Below, one piece after another: positions 20,368 to 29,109 of a stretch of 57,452 bases of DNA. Position 1 is the stretch's first letter. Each line of letters begins with the position of its first letter. Under the pieces are notes generated by a model. That model had not been told where the DNA came from. It saw only the letters and a program-made list of their open reading frames with translations, and searched no databases. The stretch comes from Bacteroidales bacterium (GTDB taxonomy: Bacteria; Bacteroidota; Bacteroidia; Bacteroidales; B18-G4), in contig JAZBOU010000025.1 in the NCBI GenBank assembly GCA_036351275.1, positions 1 through 57,452 of the forward strand, written 5' to 3'. The translations under genes and the position numbers were made by a program.

Positions 20368-21651
20368 ATGGTAAAGGCTAATGACATAAACCTGAAAAGC
20401 TGGCTGCATGTTCCGGAAGGATCTGATTTTCCGATCCAGAACATCCCTTTTGGTGTGTTCCGGACAGCGGAAAAAGAGCCAGCAATTGCTACACGGATCG
20501 GAGACACCGTGATCGATCTTTCGGTGCTTGCCGAGGCAGGCTATTTCGATGGGCTCGGGATATATGATATGGCTCCTTTTTATGCGCCCCGGCTCAATTA
20601 CTTCATTGAATTGGGCAGGGAAACAACTTCGCTTGTCAGGAACAGGATAGCGGAGCTGTTTAGCATGGAATGCAGCGAACTGAAAGACAATGCCGAAACA
20701 GTGAAACATTCTCTTCATGATATTCATGGTGTTGAAATGCTGATGCCGGTATCGGTTGGCGACTACACTGATTTTTATTCGAGCATCGAACATGCTACCA
20801 ATGTTGGAATAATGTTCCGTGATCCTGAAAATGCCTTGCTTCCCAACTGGAAACATATTCCTGTGGGTTACCATGGAAGATCTTCCTCTATTGTGGTTAG
20901 CGGTACCGATATTCACCGTCCCATGGGCCAGACCAGGGCAGATGATGCCGATGCTCCTGCATTCGGCCCCAGCCGGCTGATGGACTTTGAGCTGGAAATG
21001 GCATTTATTACATCCAACAGCACCCCCCTTGGCAGGGCTATTCCTATTGAGGCGGCAGAAGATTATATTTTCGGTCTGGTACTTTTCAACGACCTTTCCG
21101 CCAGGGATATCCAGAAATGGGAATATGTACCACTGGGACCATTCCTTGGGAAGAGCTTCGGATCCGTGATCTCGCCCTGGATCGTCACACTGGATGCATT
21201 GGAACCATTCAGGGTAGATGGACCGAAACAGGATCCCCCAGTCTTGCCTTACCTGCAGTTTCGCGGGAAGAAAAGCTTTGACATTAAGCTCGAAGTACTG
21301 CTTAAACCTCAGAATGGTGATGAGAACCTGGTGTGCCGCTCCAATTTCAAATACATGTACTGGAATATGGCACAGCAGCTGGCACACCAGACTGTGAACG
21401 GTTGCAATATCAACCCGGGCGACATGTACGGCAGCGGGACCATCAGTGGCCCGACACCGGATTCCTACGGATCAATGCTCGAACTTTCATGGAAGGGTAC
21501 CAAACCACTGAAGCTGAGTGACGGCAGCGAGCGAAAGTTCATCCAGGACCACGATACCATTATCATGAGGGGATACGCGCAAAATGAACATGTAAGGATA
21601 GGTTTCGGTGAGGCCACCACGACCATCCTCCCTGCAATAACAGCCAAATAA
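20368..21651 (+). CDS. fahA: Fumarylacetoacetase
   Basis: DFPIQNIPFG, GDYTDFYSS.EHA, PVGYHGRSSS, DFELE, WEYVPLGPF. Confidence 0.96.
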   Translation: MVKANDINLKSWLHVPEGSDFPIQNIPFGVFRTAEKEPAIATRIGDTVIDLSVLAEAGYFDGLGIYDMAPFYAPRLNYFIELGRETTSLVRNRIAELFSMECSELKDNAETVKHSLHDIHGVEMLMPVSVGDYTDFYSSIEHATNVGIMFRDPENALLPNWKHIPVGYHGRSSSIVVSGTDIHRPMGQTRADDADAPAFGPSRLMDFELEMAFITSNSTPLGRAIPIEAAEDYIFGLVLFNDLSARDIQKWEYVPLGPFLGKSFGSVISPWIVTLDALEPFRVDGPKQDPPVLPYLQFRGKKSFDIKLEVLLKPQNGDENLVCRSNFKYMYWNMAQQLAHQTVNGCNINPGDMYGSGTISGPTPDSYGSMLELSWKGTKPLKLSDGSERKFIQDHDTIIMRGYAQNEHVRIGFGEATTTILPAITAK

Positions 21652-21657
21652 CACACT

Positions 21658-22272
21658 ATGCAGATCGATCCGAACAATATCGCAATACCGAAATTGCACC
21701 ATATGATACTGAGTGCTGTTGCACCAAGGCCTATAGCTTTCGCCAGCACGATTGATAAGGAAGGAAGACCTAACCTTTCGCCATTCAGTTTCTTTAATGC
21801 ATTTGGGGTAAACCCGACCACGCTCATCTTTTCACCATCGAGGCGCGGAAGGGACAACACGACGAAAGATACCTATGATAATGTGAAGGAAATTCCCGAG
21901 GTGGTTATCAATGTTGTGACCAGGGATATCGTTGAGAAGGCAAATTATAGCAGTGCTGAATTTCCGAAAGGTGTAAACGAATTCCTTGAAGCTGGTTTTA
22001 CCATGCTGCCGTCAGAAAAAGTTAAACCGTTCAGGGTTAAGGAATCTCCTGTTCAGTTTGAATGCAAGGTAAGGCAGGTCATCGAGACCGGGGATGGCGG
22101 CGGAGCTGCTAACCTGGTGATCTGTGAGATCCTGCTCATGCATGTGGATGATGCGGTGCTGGACGAAAATGGTACGATCGACCCCAATAAAATACAACTG
22201 GTTGGCAGGATGGGAGGCGACCATTACGTCGAAGCCTTCGGCAATGCCATCTTCGACCTCAAGAAACCGTGA
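21658..22272 (+). CDS. Flavin reductase-like (DIM6/NTAB) family protein
   Basis: PRPIAFAST, NLSPFSFFN, KDT..N, FEC, GRMGG. Confidence 0.9.
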   Translation: MQIDPNNIAIPKLHHMILSAVAPRPIAFASTIDKEGRPNLSPFSFFNAFGVNPTTLIFSPSRRGRDNTTKDTYDNVKEIPEVVINVVTRDIVEKANYSSAEFPKGVNEFLEAGFTMLPSEKVKPFRVKESPVQFECKVRQVIETGDGGGAANLVICEILLMHVDDAVLDENGTIDPNKIQLVGRMGGDHYVEAFGNAIFDLKKP

Positions 22273-23992
22273 TCAAACTTTTCCCCTGTTCGATAAGGTG
22301 AACATATTCCGGATTGTACTTTTTGATCTCCTCGAGGTATGATCCGGCCATAACGATCATTTCTCGGTCATTGTGCTTGTGTGCATATTCAAGGATCTCC
22401 AGTGTCAGCAACCAGTCTTCGGGATAGTCGGTGATCAACGTTTGTATGATACAATCGAGGTCGACATCTTTTTTCCCGGTTTCCCTGATATCCCTGACCT
22501 CCCGGTACATTCGGAACAAACGCTTTTGCTTTTCCTCGTGAACGATCTTACGGGTCTTTTCAGCGGGAACAGGAAAACGTATGCCGTAGGCATCGGGGTC
22601 GGCAACGCCATTATAGCATGAAGTGATCTCAGCACCAACGGCCATATCATATGTGCCCCATGCCGGATCAAAAAGGACCTGGTCCCCGTATGTAACGGTA
22701 CAATCGGTAAAACTCAGGAGCAGAAGATTTCCATTCTTGAAAGTCTGGTTTTCCAGTACCCCTTTCACGCTTACTCCTGATTCAAATTCTATGCTGGCCC
22801 GGGATCCGATTTCAATTCCCAATGCCCTGAGTTCTCCTTCACTGATCTTTTCCGGGGGCTTAGTAAATCCTTTGATCCTGCCCACAGGCGACCCAAAACC
22901 ATCTTTATGATATTTCACCCCGTGGCCTTCCATCTGCCTGTTTTCATAATTAAGGCTTGTGGGCCCTGTTGATTGGATGTACACCGGCTTACCGCCCGTT
23001 TCAATCACTTTTGTAAAGATTCCTGAAACCTGCAGTCCTGAACTGTAAACACAGGTGGCATGGTTCTCCGACCCTATGGCTTTTTCAATGCCGTACAATC
23101 CGCCACGTTTCAGCGCCATGCCTTCTTCAAATTCCCTTAATACAGATGTAAGGTGTTTAAAGTCAGGTGTAACGAAAAGCTGGGGTTGCATGGTAGTGAT
23201 ATCGAAAGCGTAGTCTTTGGCACTGATATCATATGGCAGTCGCTTTACCTTATCGCTCAGTGCATTCTTGCTTTCACCGATCGAACTGAGCAATCCCGCT
23301 CCATATATCTTCGGGTCATCAAGGTCCCCGATCAGGCCGTATTCAACCGTCCACCAGTGCAGGTTGCGTATCAGCGTCATCTCCGAGATTTCAACAGCTT
23401 GTTTATCCAGCTCAATTAATTGTTGTTCTGCTTCTTTTATCTCCTCTTTGGTAGTATAGGGGTCTGTTTTCAGGATCGACAGGTGCCGGATGGCCTCGTA
23501 TATCCTGTAATTGGCGGCCGAACTGAAGGCCTTGCTGCCGATCTCCCCGAATAATCTGAGGTATTCTGCGTACTCGGCATCGGCAATGATGGGTGCATGG
23601 CCGGCCGCCTCGTGGATGATGTCGGGTGCCGGTGTATATTCGATCTGGCCAATGGGCCTGATATCGGCAGCGATCACCAGTACATTATATGCCTGGAACT
23701 CCATAAAAGCTGCCGGCGGTATGAAACCGTCCACGGCCACAGCCGCCCAACCGATCTCCTTCAGGATACGGTTCATGCCGTACATGTGCGGGATCTCATC
23801 TATGCTGATCCCTGTTTTTTTCAGCCCTTCTGAGTAAGAACCGTGTGCAAACTTTCCCAGGTAACGCACGTTCTGCCGCATAACATAACGCCAGAGTGCA
23901 TGATCCTGGGCGGTATATTCATTGTAGGGCTGGTCGATCACAAGATCGAGAAGATGTTTCGGAAGCCTCTCCAGGACTTCATTCATTTCCAT
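22259..23992 (-). CDS. phhA: Phenylalanine 4-monooxygenase, long form with C-terminal extension
   Basis: YTPAPDIIHEAAGH, WWTVEYGL, IYGAGLLSS.GE; 14-nt convergent overlap with the flavin reductase gene. Confidence 0.92.
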   Translation of the reverse strand: MEMNEVLERLPKHLLDLVIDQPYNEYTAQDHALWRYVMRQNVRYLGKFAHGSYSEGLKKTGISIDEIPHMYGMNRILKEIGWAAVAVDGFIPPAAFMEFQAYNVLVIAADIRPIGQIEYTPAPDIIHEAAGHAPIIADAEYAEYLRLFGEIGSKAFSSAANYRIYEAIRHLSILKTDPYTTKEEIKEAEQQLIELDKQAVEISEMTLIRNLHWWTVEYGLIGDLDDPKIYGAGLLSSIGESKNALSDKVKRLPYDISAKDYAFDITTMQPQLFVTPDFKHLTSVLREFEEGMALKRGGLYGIEKAIGSENHATCVYSSGLQVSGIFTKVIETGGKPVYIQSTGPTSLNYENRQMEGHGVKYHKDGFGSPVGRIKGFTKPPEKISEGELRALGIEIGSRASIEFESGVSVKGVLENQTFKNGNLLLLSFTDCTVTYGDQVLFDPAWGTYDMAVGAEITSCYNGVADPDAYGIRFPVPAEKTRKIVHEEKQKRLFRMYREVRDIRETGKKDVDLDCIIQTLITDYPEDWLLTLEILEYAHKHNDREMIVMAGSYLEEIKKYNPEYVHLIEQGKSLITVS

Positions 23993-24094
23993 GGCAAATA
24001 ATTTAGAAACGTTTTAAATTATATCAAAAATATATAATATCTGTGAAACACAGAATAACAAGGAGGATTTTATGCTAAAAATAACGAATATTGA

Positions 24095-25318
24095 ATGCTG
24101 AAGATGGAACATGGAAGGATACATATTGCCATTCCGTTGATGGATGAGCTGGAAAACCTGCCGCAGCTGCTGAACGATATTCGGGCGCAGGATGCGGATG
24201 ATTACAGGGTGTATTTTTGTGTGAACCAGCCTGATGTATGGTGGAAAAACGAAGAGAAGCGTAGCGTTTGTGAGCGGAACCTCCAGTCGATGGATTTTAT
24301 AAAGGATCATGCCGACTTCCCTGCTAAAATTATTGACAGGTGCAGCAGGGGCAAAGGCTGGCAGGGCAACAACCTTGGCGTGGGATGGGCCAGGAAGGTA
24401 GCGATGGATGCCGTACAGGAAGAAGCAAACGACCGTGACATTATTATCACGCTTGATGGGGATACACGTTTTAACGCAGGGTACTTCAGCAGCATTAAAA
24501 CGAATTTCAACGAACATAATACGGCAGTGGGGTTGTCAGTTCCATATTATCATAAACTGAGTGGCAGCGAACCCGAAGACCGTGCCATCCTTCGCTATGA
24601 GATCTATATGCGCAATTATGCGATCAACCTCTGGCGTATCGGAAATCCCTATCGCTTCACTGCGCTGGGGTCGGCCATGGCCATGCCGGTTTCGTCATAC
24701 AGGGCGATAGGAGGGATGACACCAAAGAAGAGCGGTGAAGACTTTTATTTCCTGCAAAAACTGGTGAAGTACGGAGAATTGCTGACGTGGAATGAAGAAA
24801 AAGTGTACCCCGCAGCACGTTTTTCCGACCGGGTGTTCTTCGGCACCGGCCCGGCCATGATCAAAGGCAACAGGGGGGACTGGGACAGCTACCCGGTATA
24901 CCATCATCGGCTTTTTGAAGAGGTGAAGCAAACCTATGATGCCTTCCCGGCCCTATACCGGGAAGATATTAAAACACCCTTGGGTGAATACCTGTCGGGG
25001 AAGACCGGACGTAAAAAAATATGGGAACCATTACGTAAGAATGCGCCAGATGAGAAGATCTTTATCAAGGCGTGCAGGGAAAAGATCGATGGGCTGAGAA
25101 TACTGCAGTTCCTGAAGCACAGTCAGGGAGAGCGGGGATATTCCGATGAGGAATGCCTGCTGGCAAACATCAGAATACTTCATGCAGGCATACTCAATGA
25201 TTTTGATTTCCTTGTGGATGGCTTTACTTTTGATGAACTGTCGGTAGGCCAGCTTGATAAGCTCAGGGATGCTCTCGTGGCCATCGAGGAAGCATACCAG
25301 AAAGAACACCATGGATAA
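24095..25318 (+). CDS. GT2-like glycosyltransferase, uncharacterised
   Basis: IAIP..DE, GVGWARK, DGD (DxD), GEDFYF; overlaps the miaA start. Confidence 0.7.
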   Translation: MLKMEHGRIHIAIPLMDELENLPQLLNDIRAQDADDYRVYFCVNQPDVWWKNEEKRSVCERNLQSMDFIKDHADFPAKIIDRCSRGKGWQGNNLGVGWARKVAMDAVQEEANDRDIIITLDGDTRFNAGYFSSIKTNFNEHNTAVGLSVPYYHKLSGSEPEDRAILRYEIYMRNYAINLWRIGNPYRFTALGSAMAMPVSSYRAIGGMTPKKSGEDFYFLQKLVKYGELLTWNEEKVYPAARFSDRVFFGTGPAMIKGNRGDWDSYPVYHHRLFEEVKQTYDAFPALYREDIKTPLGEYLSGKTGRKKIWEPLRKNAPDEKIFIKACREKIDGLRILQFLKHSQGERGYSDEECLLANIRILHAGILNDFDFLVDGFTFDELSVGQLDKLRDALVAIEEAYQKEHHG

Positions 25319-26264
25319 ACTCATCACCATATTAGGCCCAACGGCCACCGGAAAGACTTTGGTTGCTGCCGGCCTGGCAGCGCGCATCGGGGGCGAGGTG
25401 ATCAGTGCCGACTCGAGGCAGGTCTACAGGGGCATGGACATTGGAACCGGTAAAGACCTGGCCGATTATATCGTTGACGGGAAGCCAGTACCTTATCACC
25501 TGATCGATATCGCCCACCCGGGGGAGGAATACAACCTCTACCGTTTTCAGCAGGATTTTATACATGCGTTTTCAGATATCCGCAGGCGCGGAAAAAAAGC
25601 CATCATGTGCGGTGGTACCGGCATGTACCTCGAGTCTATTATCCTCAGTTATGATCTCGCCGAAGTTCGCCGGAATAAAAAACTCAGAGAAAAACTCGAA
25701 AAACTCAGTGATAAAGAATTGATCGACAAACTACATTCACTCCGGGATGTGCATAATGTCACTGATACCCGGGACAGGGAAAGGCTGATTCGGGCAATCG
25801 AGATATCAGAAATCAAAAATCAAAAATCAGAAATCAGCATCCAGTATCCAGCATCCATCATCCATCATCCATCATCCAGCATCCAGTATCCAGCATCCAG
25901 TATCCAGCATCTTGTAATTGGCATTAACCTTCCGCGACAAGAAGTCCGGGCCAGGATCACTTCCCGATTGAAGCAACGCCTCGAAGCAGGCATGATAGAG
26001 GAAGTGAAGAAGCTGTTGGATTCAGGTTTAAAGTCTGATCAGCTTGAATTCTACGGTCTGGAGTATAAATTCCTTACACAATATGTTACGGGAAAGCTAT
26101 CTTATGATGAGATGTTCCGGCTGCTGAATACTGCCATTCACCAGTTTGCCAAAAGACAGATGACCTGGTTCAGGCGTATGGAAAAGAAGGGCATAAAGAT
26201 ACATTGGATCGATGGACAACTACCACTTGAAAGGAAGATTGAATCAATTTTACAAATAAACTAA
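25311..26264 (+). CDS. miaA: tRNA dimethylallyltransferase with in-frame repeat insertion
   Basis: GPTATGKT, SADSRQVY.GMDIGT.K, GGTGMY, QFAKRQMTWF; ATG at 25311 overlaps the upstream stop. Confidence 0.95.
   Translation: MDKLITILGPTATGKTLVAAGLAARIGGEVISADSRQVYRGMDIGTGKDLADYIVDGKPVPYHLIDIAHPGEEYNLYRFQQDFIHAFSDIRRRGKKAIMCGGTGMYLESIILSYDLAEVRRNKKLREKLEKLSDKELIDKLHSLRDVHNVTDTRDRERLIRAIEISEIKNQKSEISIQYPASIIHHPSSSIQYPASSIQHLVIGINLPRQEVRARITSRLKQRLEAGMIEEVKKLLDSGLKSDQLEFYGLEYKFLTQYVTGKLSYDEMFRLLNTAIHQFAKRQMTWFRRMEKKGIKIHWIDGQLPLERKIESILQIN
25801..25912. repeat. 16 tandem heptamers inside miaA
   Basis: Five AGAAATC-type units then eleven A[G/T][C/T]ATCC-type units. Confidence 0.95.
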
Positions 26265-26285
26265 TTAACCAGTAAACCAATAAAC

Positions 26286-26317
26286 AAAAAAAGCGCTGCC
26301 ATAGGCAACGCTTTTTT
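26286..26317. terminator. Bidirectional intrinsic terminator
   Basis: AAAAAAAGCGCTGCC-ATA-GGCAACGCTTTTTT between convergent genes. Confidence 0.8.
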
Positions 26318-26336
26318 GATATTATGCAGCACGAAT

Positions 26337-27218
26337 TTACTGCTGTACTTTCACGTCGATATTTACAACATCGCCTTTGCCGTTGATTGCGTTAACTTTC
26401 ACCAGACCAACTTTATCGTCCACGGTTTTGAACATGAAGATATCGTCGGCTTCGAGATTGTTAATGTCGTCTTCGGTACCTGTAAAATCAGGGAACACAT
26501 ATGAATCACCGATAGCATCGAAATCTGCAGGATTCATGTCTGTCATTTCGAACAATGTGTTGTTAAAGATGGTCCATGCACCTGCAATCTGGAATACAGT
26601 TTGCACGTCGCTGTTTGAAGGGGCGCCGAATGTTGAACCATTTACTGCTCCCAGGTAGAAAGCAAAGTCAACAGAACCCTGGTCGGCAGAGGCTTCTGCT
26701 TTGGTCATTACCATACCGGTGCCTGAAGCGAAGAAACTTCCGAAATTCGGGTCGTTATAAGAACCCATGTCAACATCCAGGTAAGCTGTTATATTCGGAA
26801 CCGTAGTGATGATAAAGGAAAGTTCTTTTTTAAGTCCGTCTTTATCGGTAACGGTGAAAGTCCAGCGTTCTTCTCCGGCCTGTGTATTTGCCACGAGGTC
26901 CTGTTCCCATGTATAGGTAGGATCGTTAATATTATCTTCTTCGAAAACTGTTGTAGGAGTGTTGTTGAATGTACGTACCACTACGAAAGAAGAAATATTG
27001 CTTTTTGAGGTTGCATTCTCTGAAGCATTGATCCCCACCTTGAATGTTGTGCTGGGAGCGAGGGTTGCGTCACTATCAGTATAACCCGCTCCACCTATGA
27101 AATTCAGGATTGGGGTAAGGTCAACTACCGGTTCGTCTTCTTCGTCTTTCTTACATGAAGAGAACAGCACGGCGCCTGCTAGTAGCAGGATGCCAAATAA
27201 ATACATTGATTTTTTCAT
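26337..27218 (-). CDS. Hypothetical acidic beta-rich lipoprotein
   Basis: MKK start, lipobox LFSSC followed by KKDEEDE, resembling a Bacteroidota surface-export signal. Confidence 0.8.
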   Translation of the reverse strand: MKKSMYLFGILLLAGAVLFSSCKKDEEDEPVVDLTPILNFIGGAGYTDSDATLAPSTTFKVGINASENATSKSNISSFVVVRTFNNTPTTVFEEDNINDPTYTWEQDLVANTQAGEERWTFTVTDKDGLKKELSFIITTVPNITAYLDVDMGSYNDPNFGSFFASGTGMVMTKAEASADQGSVDFAFYLGAVNGSTFGAPSNSDVQTVFQIAGAWTIFNNTLFEMTDMNPADFDAIGDSYVFPDFTGTEDDINNLEADDIFMFKTVDDKVGLVKVNAINGKGDVVNIDVKVQQ

Positions 27219-27510
27219 AATCTTATAAATTTCGTGTTAATGATTAGATTGATCTCGTTCTTATTCTAAGTTCAGTGCAAATATACAACAAAAGTGCCAT
27301 AATTTATAATTATTATAAACAAAATCGACATATTTTATTGTTTTGGAAATGGCATTCCCGTTTATGATACAGATGTTTTAAGCCGTGATTTGACGTCCAA
27401 CGAATCCATTCACAATATAATTTTATTTTTATAATTTGATTTTACAATTCGTTTTTGATTATATTTGATAATTGAAAGAATTACGGAGTCTTAACCTTAA
27501 AACGAAAATT

Positions 27511-27945
27511 ATGAAAAAAAGTAAACTCTTTCTCCTCCTTGGAGTTGTAGTATTGAGCATGGCTATGGTATTTTCATCCTGCAACAAGGATGATGATGAC
27601 GATCCGGCTCCAACGCCAACTCCAACTGCTTACACCCCGGTATTTTCACCAACCTACCTTGTTGTGAATTCAGGAGGTGTTGAATTACTCGACTTTTACA
27701 TTACATGCGTAACCGATGACTGGGAAATGATTAAATGTATCGTTTCTTATCCTGGCGGACTTGGTAGTGAAGAATACATTGGTAGTGGCCAGATCGTAAC
27801 ACAGGGCTCACCATTTACTTTCTCAAATTACTTTACGAAGCTGGGAGGCACCTGGGTCTTTTCCATTACGGGTAATATTAAATCAGGAACCCATGTTGGT
27901 GAAAGTTTTGTAGTTGTAACAACTGTTACCGTAACGGGTAAATAA
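27511..27945 (+). CDS. Hypothetical lipoprotein
   Basis: ATG at 27511 (MKKSK), VFSSC then NKDDDDD and a PAPTPTPT linker. Confidence 0.8.
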   Translation: MKKSKLFLLLGVVVLSMAMVFSSCNKDDDDDPAPTPTPTAYTPVFSPTYLVVNSGGVELLDFYITCVTDDWEMIKCIVSYPGGLGSEEYIGSGQIVTQGSPFTFSNYFTKLGGTWVFSITGNIKSGTHVGESFVVVTTVTVTGK

Positions 27946-27956
27946 AACAGAATTCA

Positions 27957-27990
27957 GTAAGAAAGTCCACTGTAGGGTGGACTTTTTTAC
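27957..27990 (+). terminator. Intrinsic terminator
   Basis: AAAGTCCAC-TGTAGG-GTGGACTTTTTT right after the lipoprotein stop. Confidence 0.85.
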
Positions 27991-28069
27991 GTAATTTTTT
28001 AGTAAAAAGGACCCGGGTGTTCGAACCGGGTTTGACGAACCTGCGTATTCCCATGCGCAGGTTTTTTAA

Positions 28070-28157
28070 TTGGTTGAGTAGTTTATTCGTTCATTAGTTG
28101 AGTAGTTTATTCGTTCATTAGTTGAGTAGTTTATTCGTTCAATAGTTGATTAGTTTA
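28070..28157. repeat. Octamer-based array (11 octamers, 24-nt higher-order unit)
   Basis: TTAGTTGA-GTAGTTTA-TTCGTTCA repeated about 3.7 times. Confidence 0.95.
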
Positions 28158-28215
28158 TTTGCAAAGCTTGCTTATAAATTGCTGATAAGATTGCTATTAG
28201 CCCATCATACTAAAA

Positions 28216-28343
28216 ACCCAATTAACTAACGAACCAATTAACTAATGAACCAATTAACTAACGAACCAATTAACTAATGAACCAATTAACTAATGAACCA
28301 ATTAACTAATGAACCAATTAACTAATGAACCAATCAACTAATC
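28216..28343. repeat. 16-mer tandem array x8 (AACCAATTAACTAA[T/C]G)
   Basis: Eight near-perfect units ending in the stop codon of the next minus-strand gene. Confidence 0.95.
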
Positions 28344-29109
28344 ACAACCCCCTAAAATACTCCAACGTAAAAACCGGATCCAGGCGATTATAAAAACGTA
28401 TCAATATCGCCGTCTTCCTCCTGATCGCTTCGCTGCTTTCCCAGGCTTGCCAGAACCCGGGATCGTTTCGGAAAATATACTCGGCGAAACAGTTGAAATC
28501 CTCTTCCAGCGAGGCGAGAGAATATTCATTTAAGAAACCATCCCGGTATAATGTGGAGTCAAGGTCAAGGCCTGTAGCATTCATGGAGAGGGCTTCCCTG
28601 CCGCCATTGCCATAAACGAATCCCGCAGGGCTGGAAGCTTGCCACGAATCCCTGTCAAAGGACCGGGGATGCCTGTTCAGCAATACGCTTGAGAACTCGT
28701 GATGAAAACTTCCTTCCAGGTAGGCGTCAGAGTAGCCGTTTACAATACCATTGTTCGAGAGGTAAACCTTACGTTTATAATAGGTTCCACCGTATTCCAG
28801 TCCGTAGAAGAACATGCTTTTAAGCACATAAATCGCTTTGAGGTTCTTTTTCAGTAATTTAGATGGGTACTTTCTAAGGCTTCGGTCAAGGATAGCCTGC
28901 ATCCGTTGGTTCTCGGCTGTATCCAGGCGGATAACCTCCGGGTCGATCCTTTTTTTTCTCCATTTGCAGGGAAACATCCTTTTCTCGGGAGAGTAGATCA
29001 CCTTTGTCCCGGCCGGGCCAGCAGGAATGGCATCCTGTGCGAGCAAACCTGATAATGGCAGCATCACCACAAAGGCAATAGCGAGGAGAACTGATTTTAT
29101 TTTAGTCAT
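28342..29109 (-). CDS. Exported zincin-like protein with degenerate HExxH (HEFSS)
   Basis: Signal peptide; YGGTY...FHHEFSS...Y....LEEDF pattern resembles putative zinc-binding metallopeptidases. Confidence 0.55.
   Translation of the reverse strand: MTKIKSVLLAIAFVVMLPLSGLLAQDAIPAGPAGTKVIYSPEKRMFPCKWRKKRIDPEVIRLDTAENQRMQAILDRSLRKYPSKLLKKNLKAIYVLKSMFFYGLEYGGTYYKRKVYLSNNGIVNGYSDAYLEGSFHHEFSSVLLNRHPRSFDRDSWQASSPAGFVYGNGGREALSMNATGLDLDSTLYRDGFLNEYSLASLEEDFNCFAEYIFRNDPGFWQAWESSEAIRRKTAILIRFYNRLDPVFTLEYFRGL

Noticed and set aside
20350-21387. 345-aa antisense ORF
   Set aside because: Lies opposite the well-supported fahA and has no recognisable motifs; a shadow ORF.
25254-25310. N-terminal extension of MiaA from the TTG start in the track
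   Set aside because: ATG at 25311 gives the normal distance to the P-loop and couples to the upstream stop.
28011-28031. tRNA fragment suggested by GTTCGAAC
   Set aside because: No acceptor, D or anticodon arms; kept only as a hairpin and sRNA candidate.
28070-28343. CRISPR array
   Set aside because: Units are contiguous with no unique spacers, and there are no cas genes in the window.
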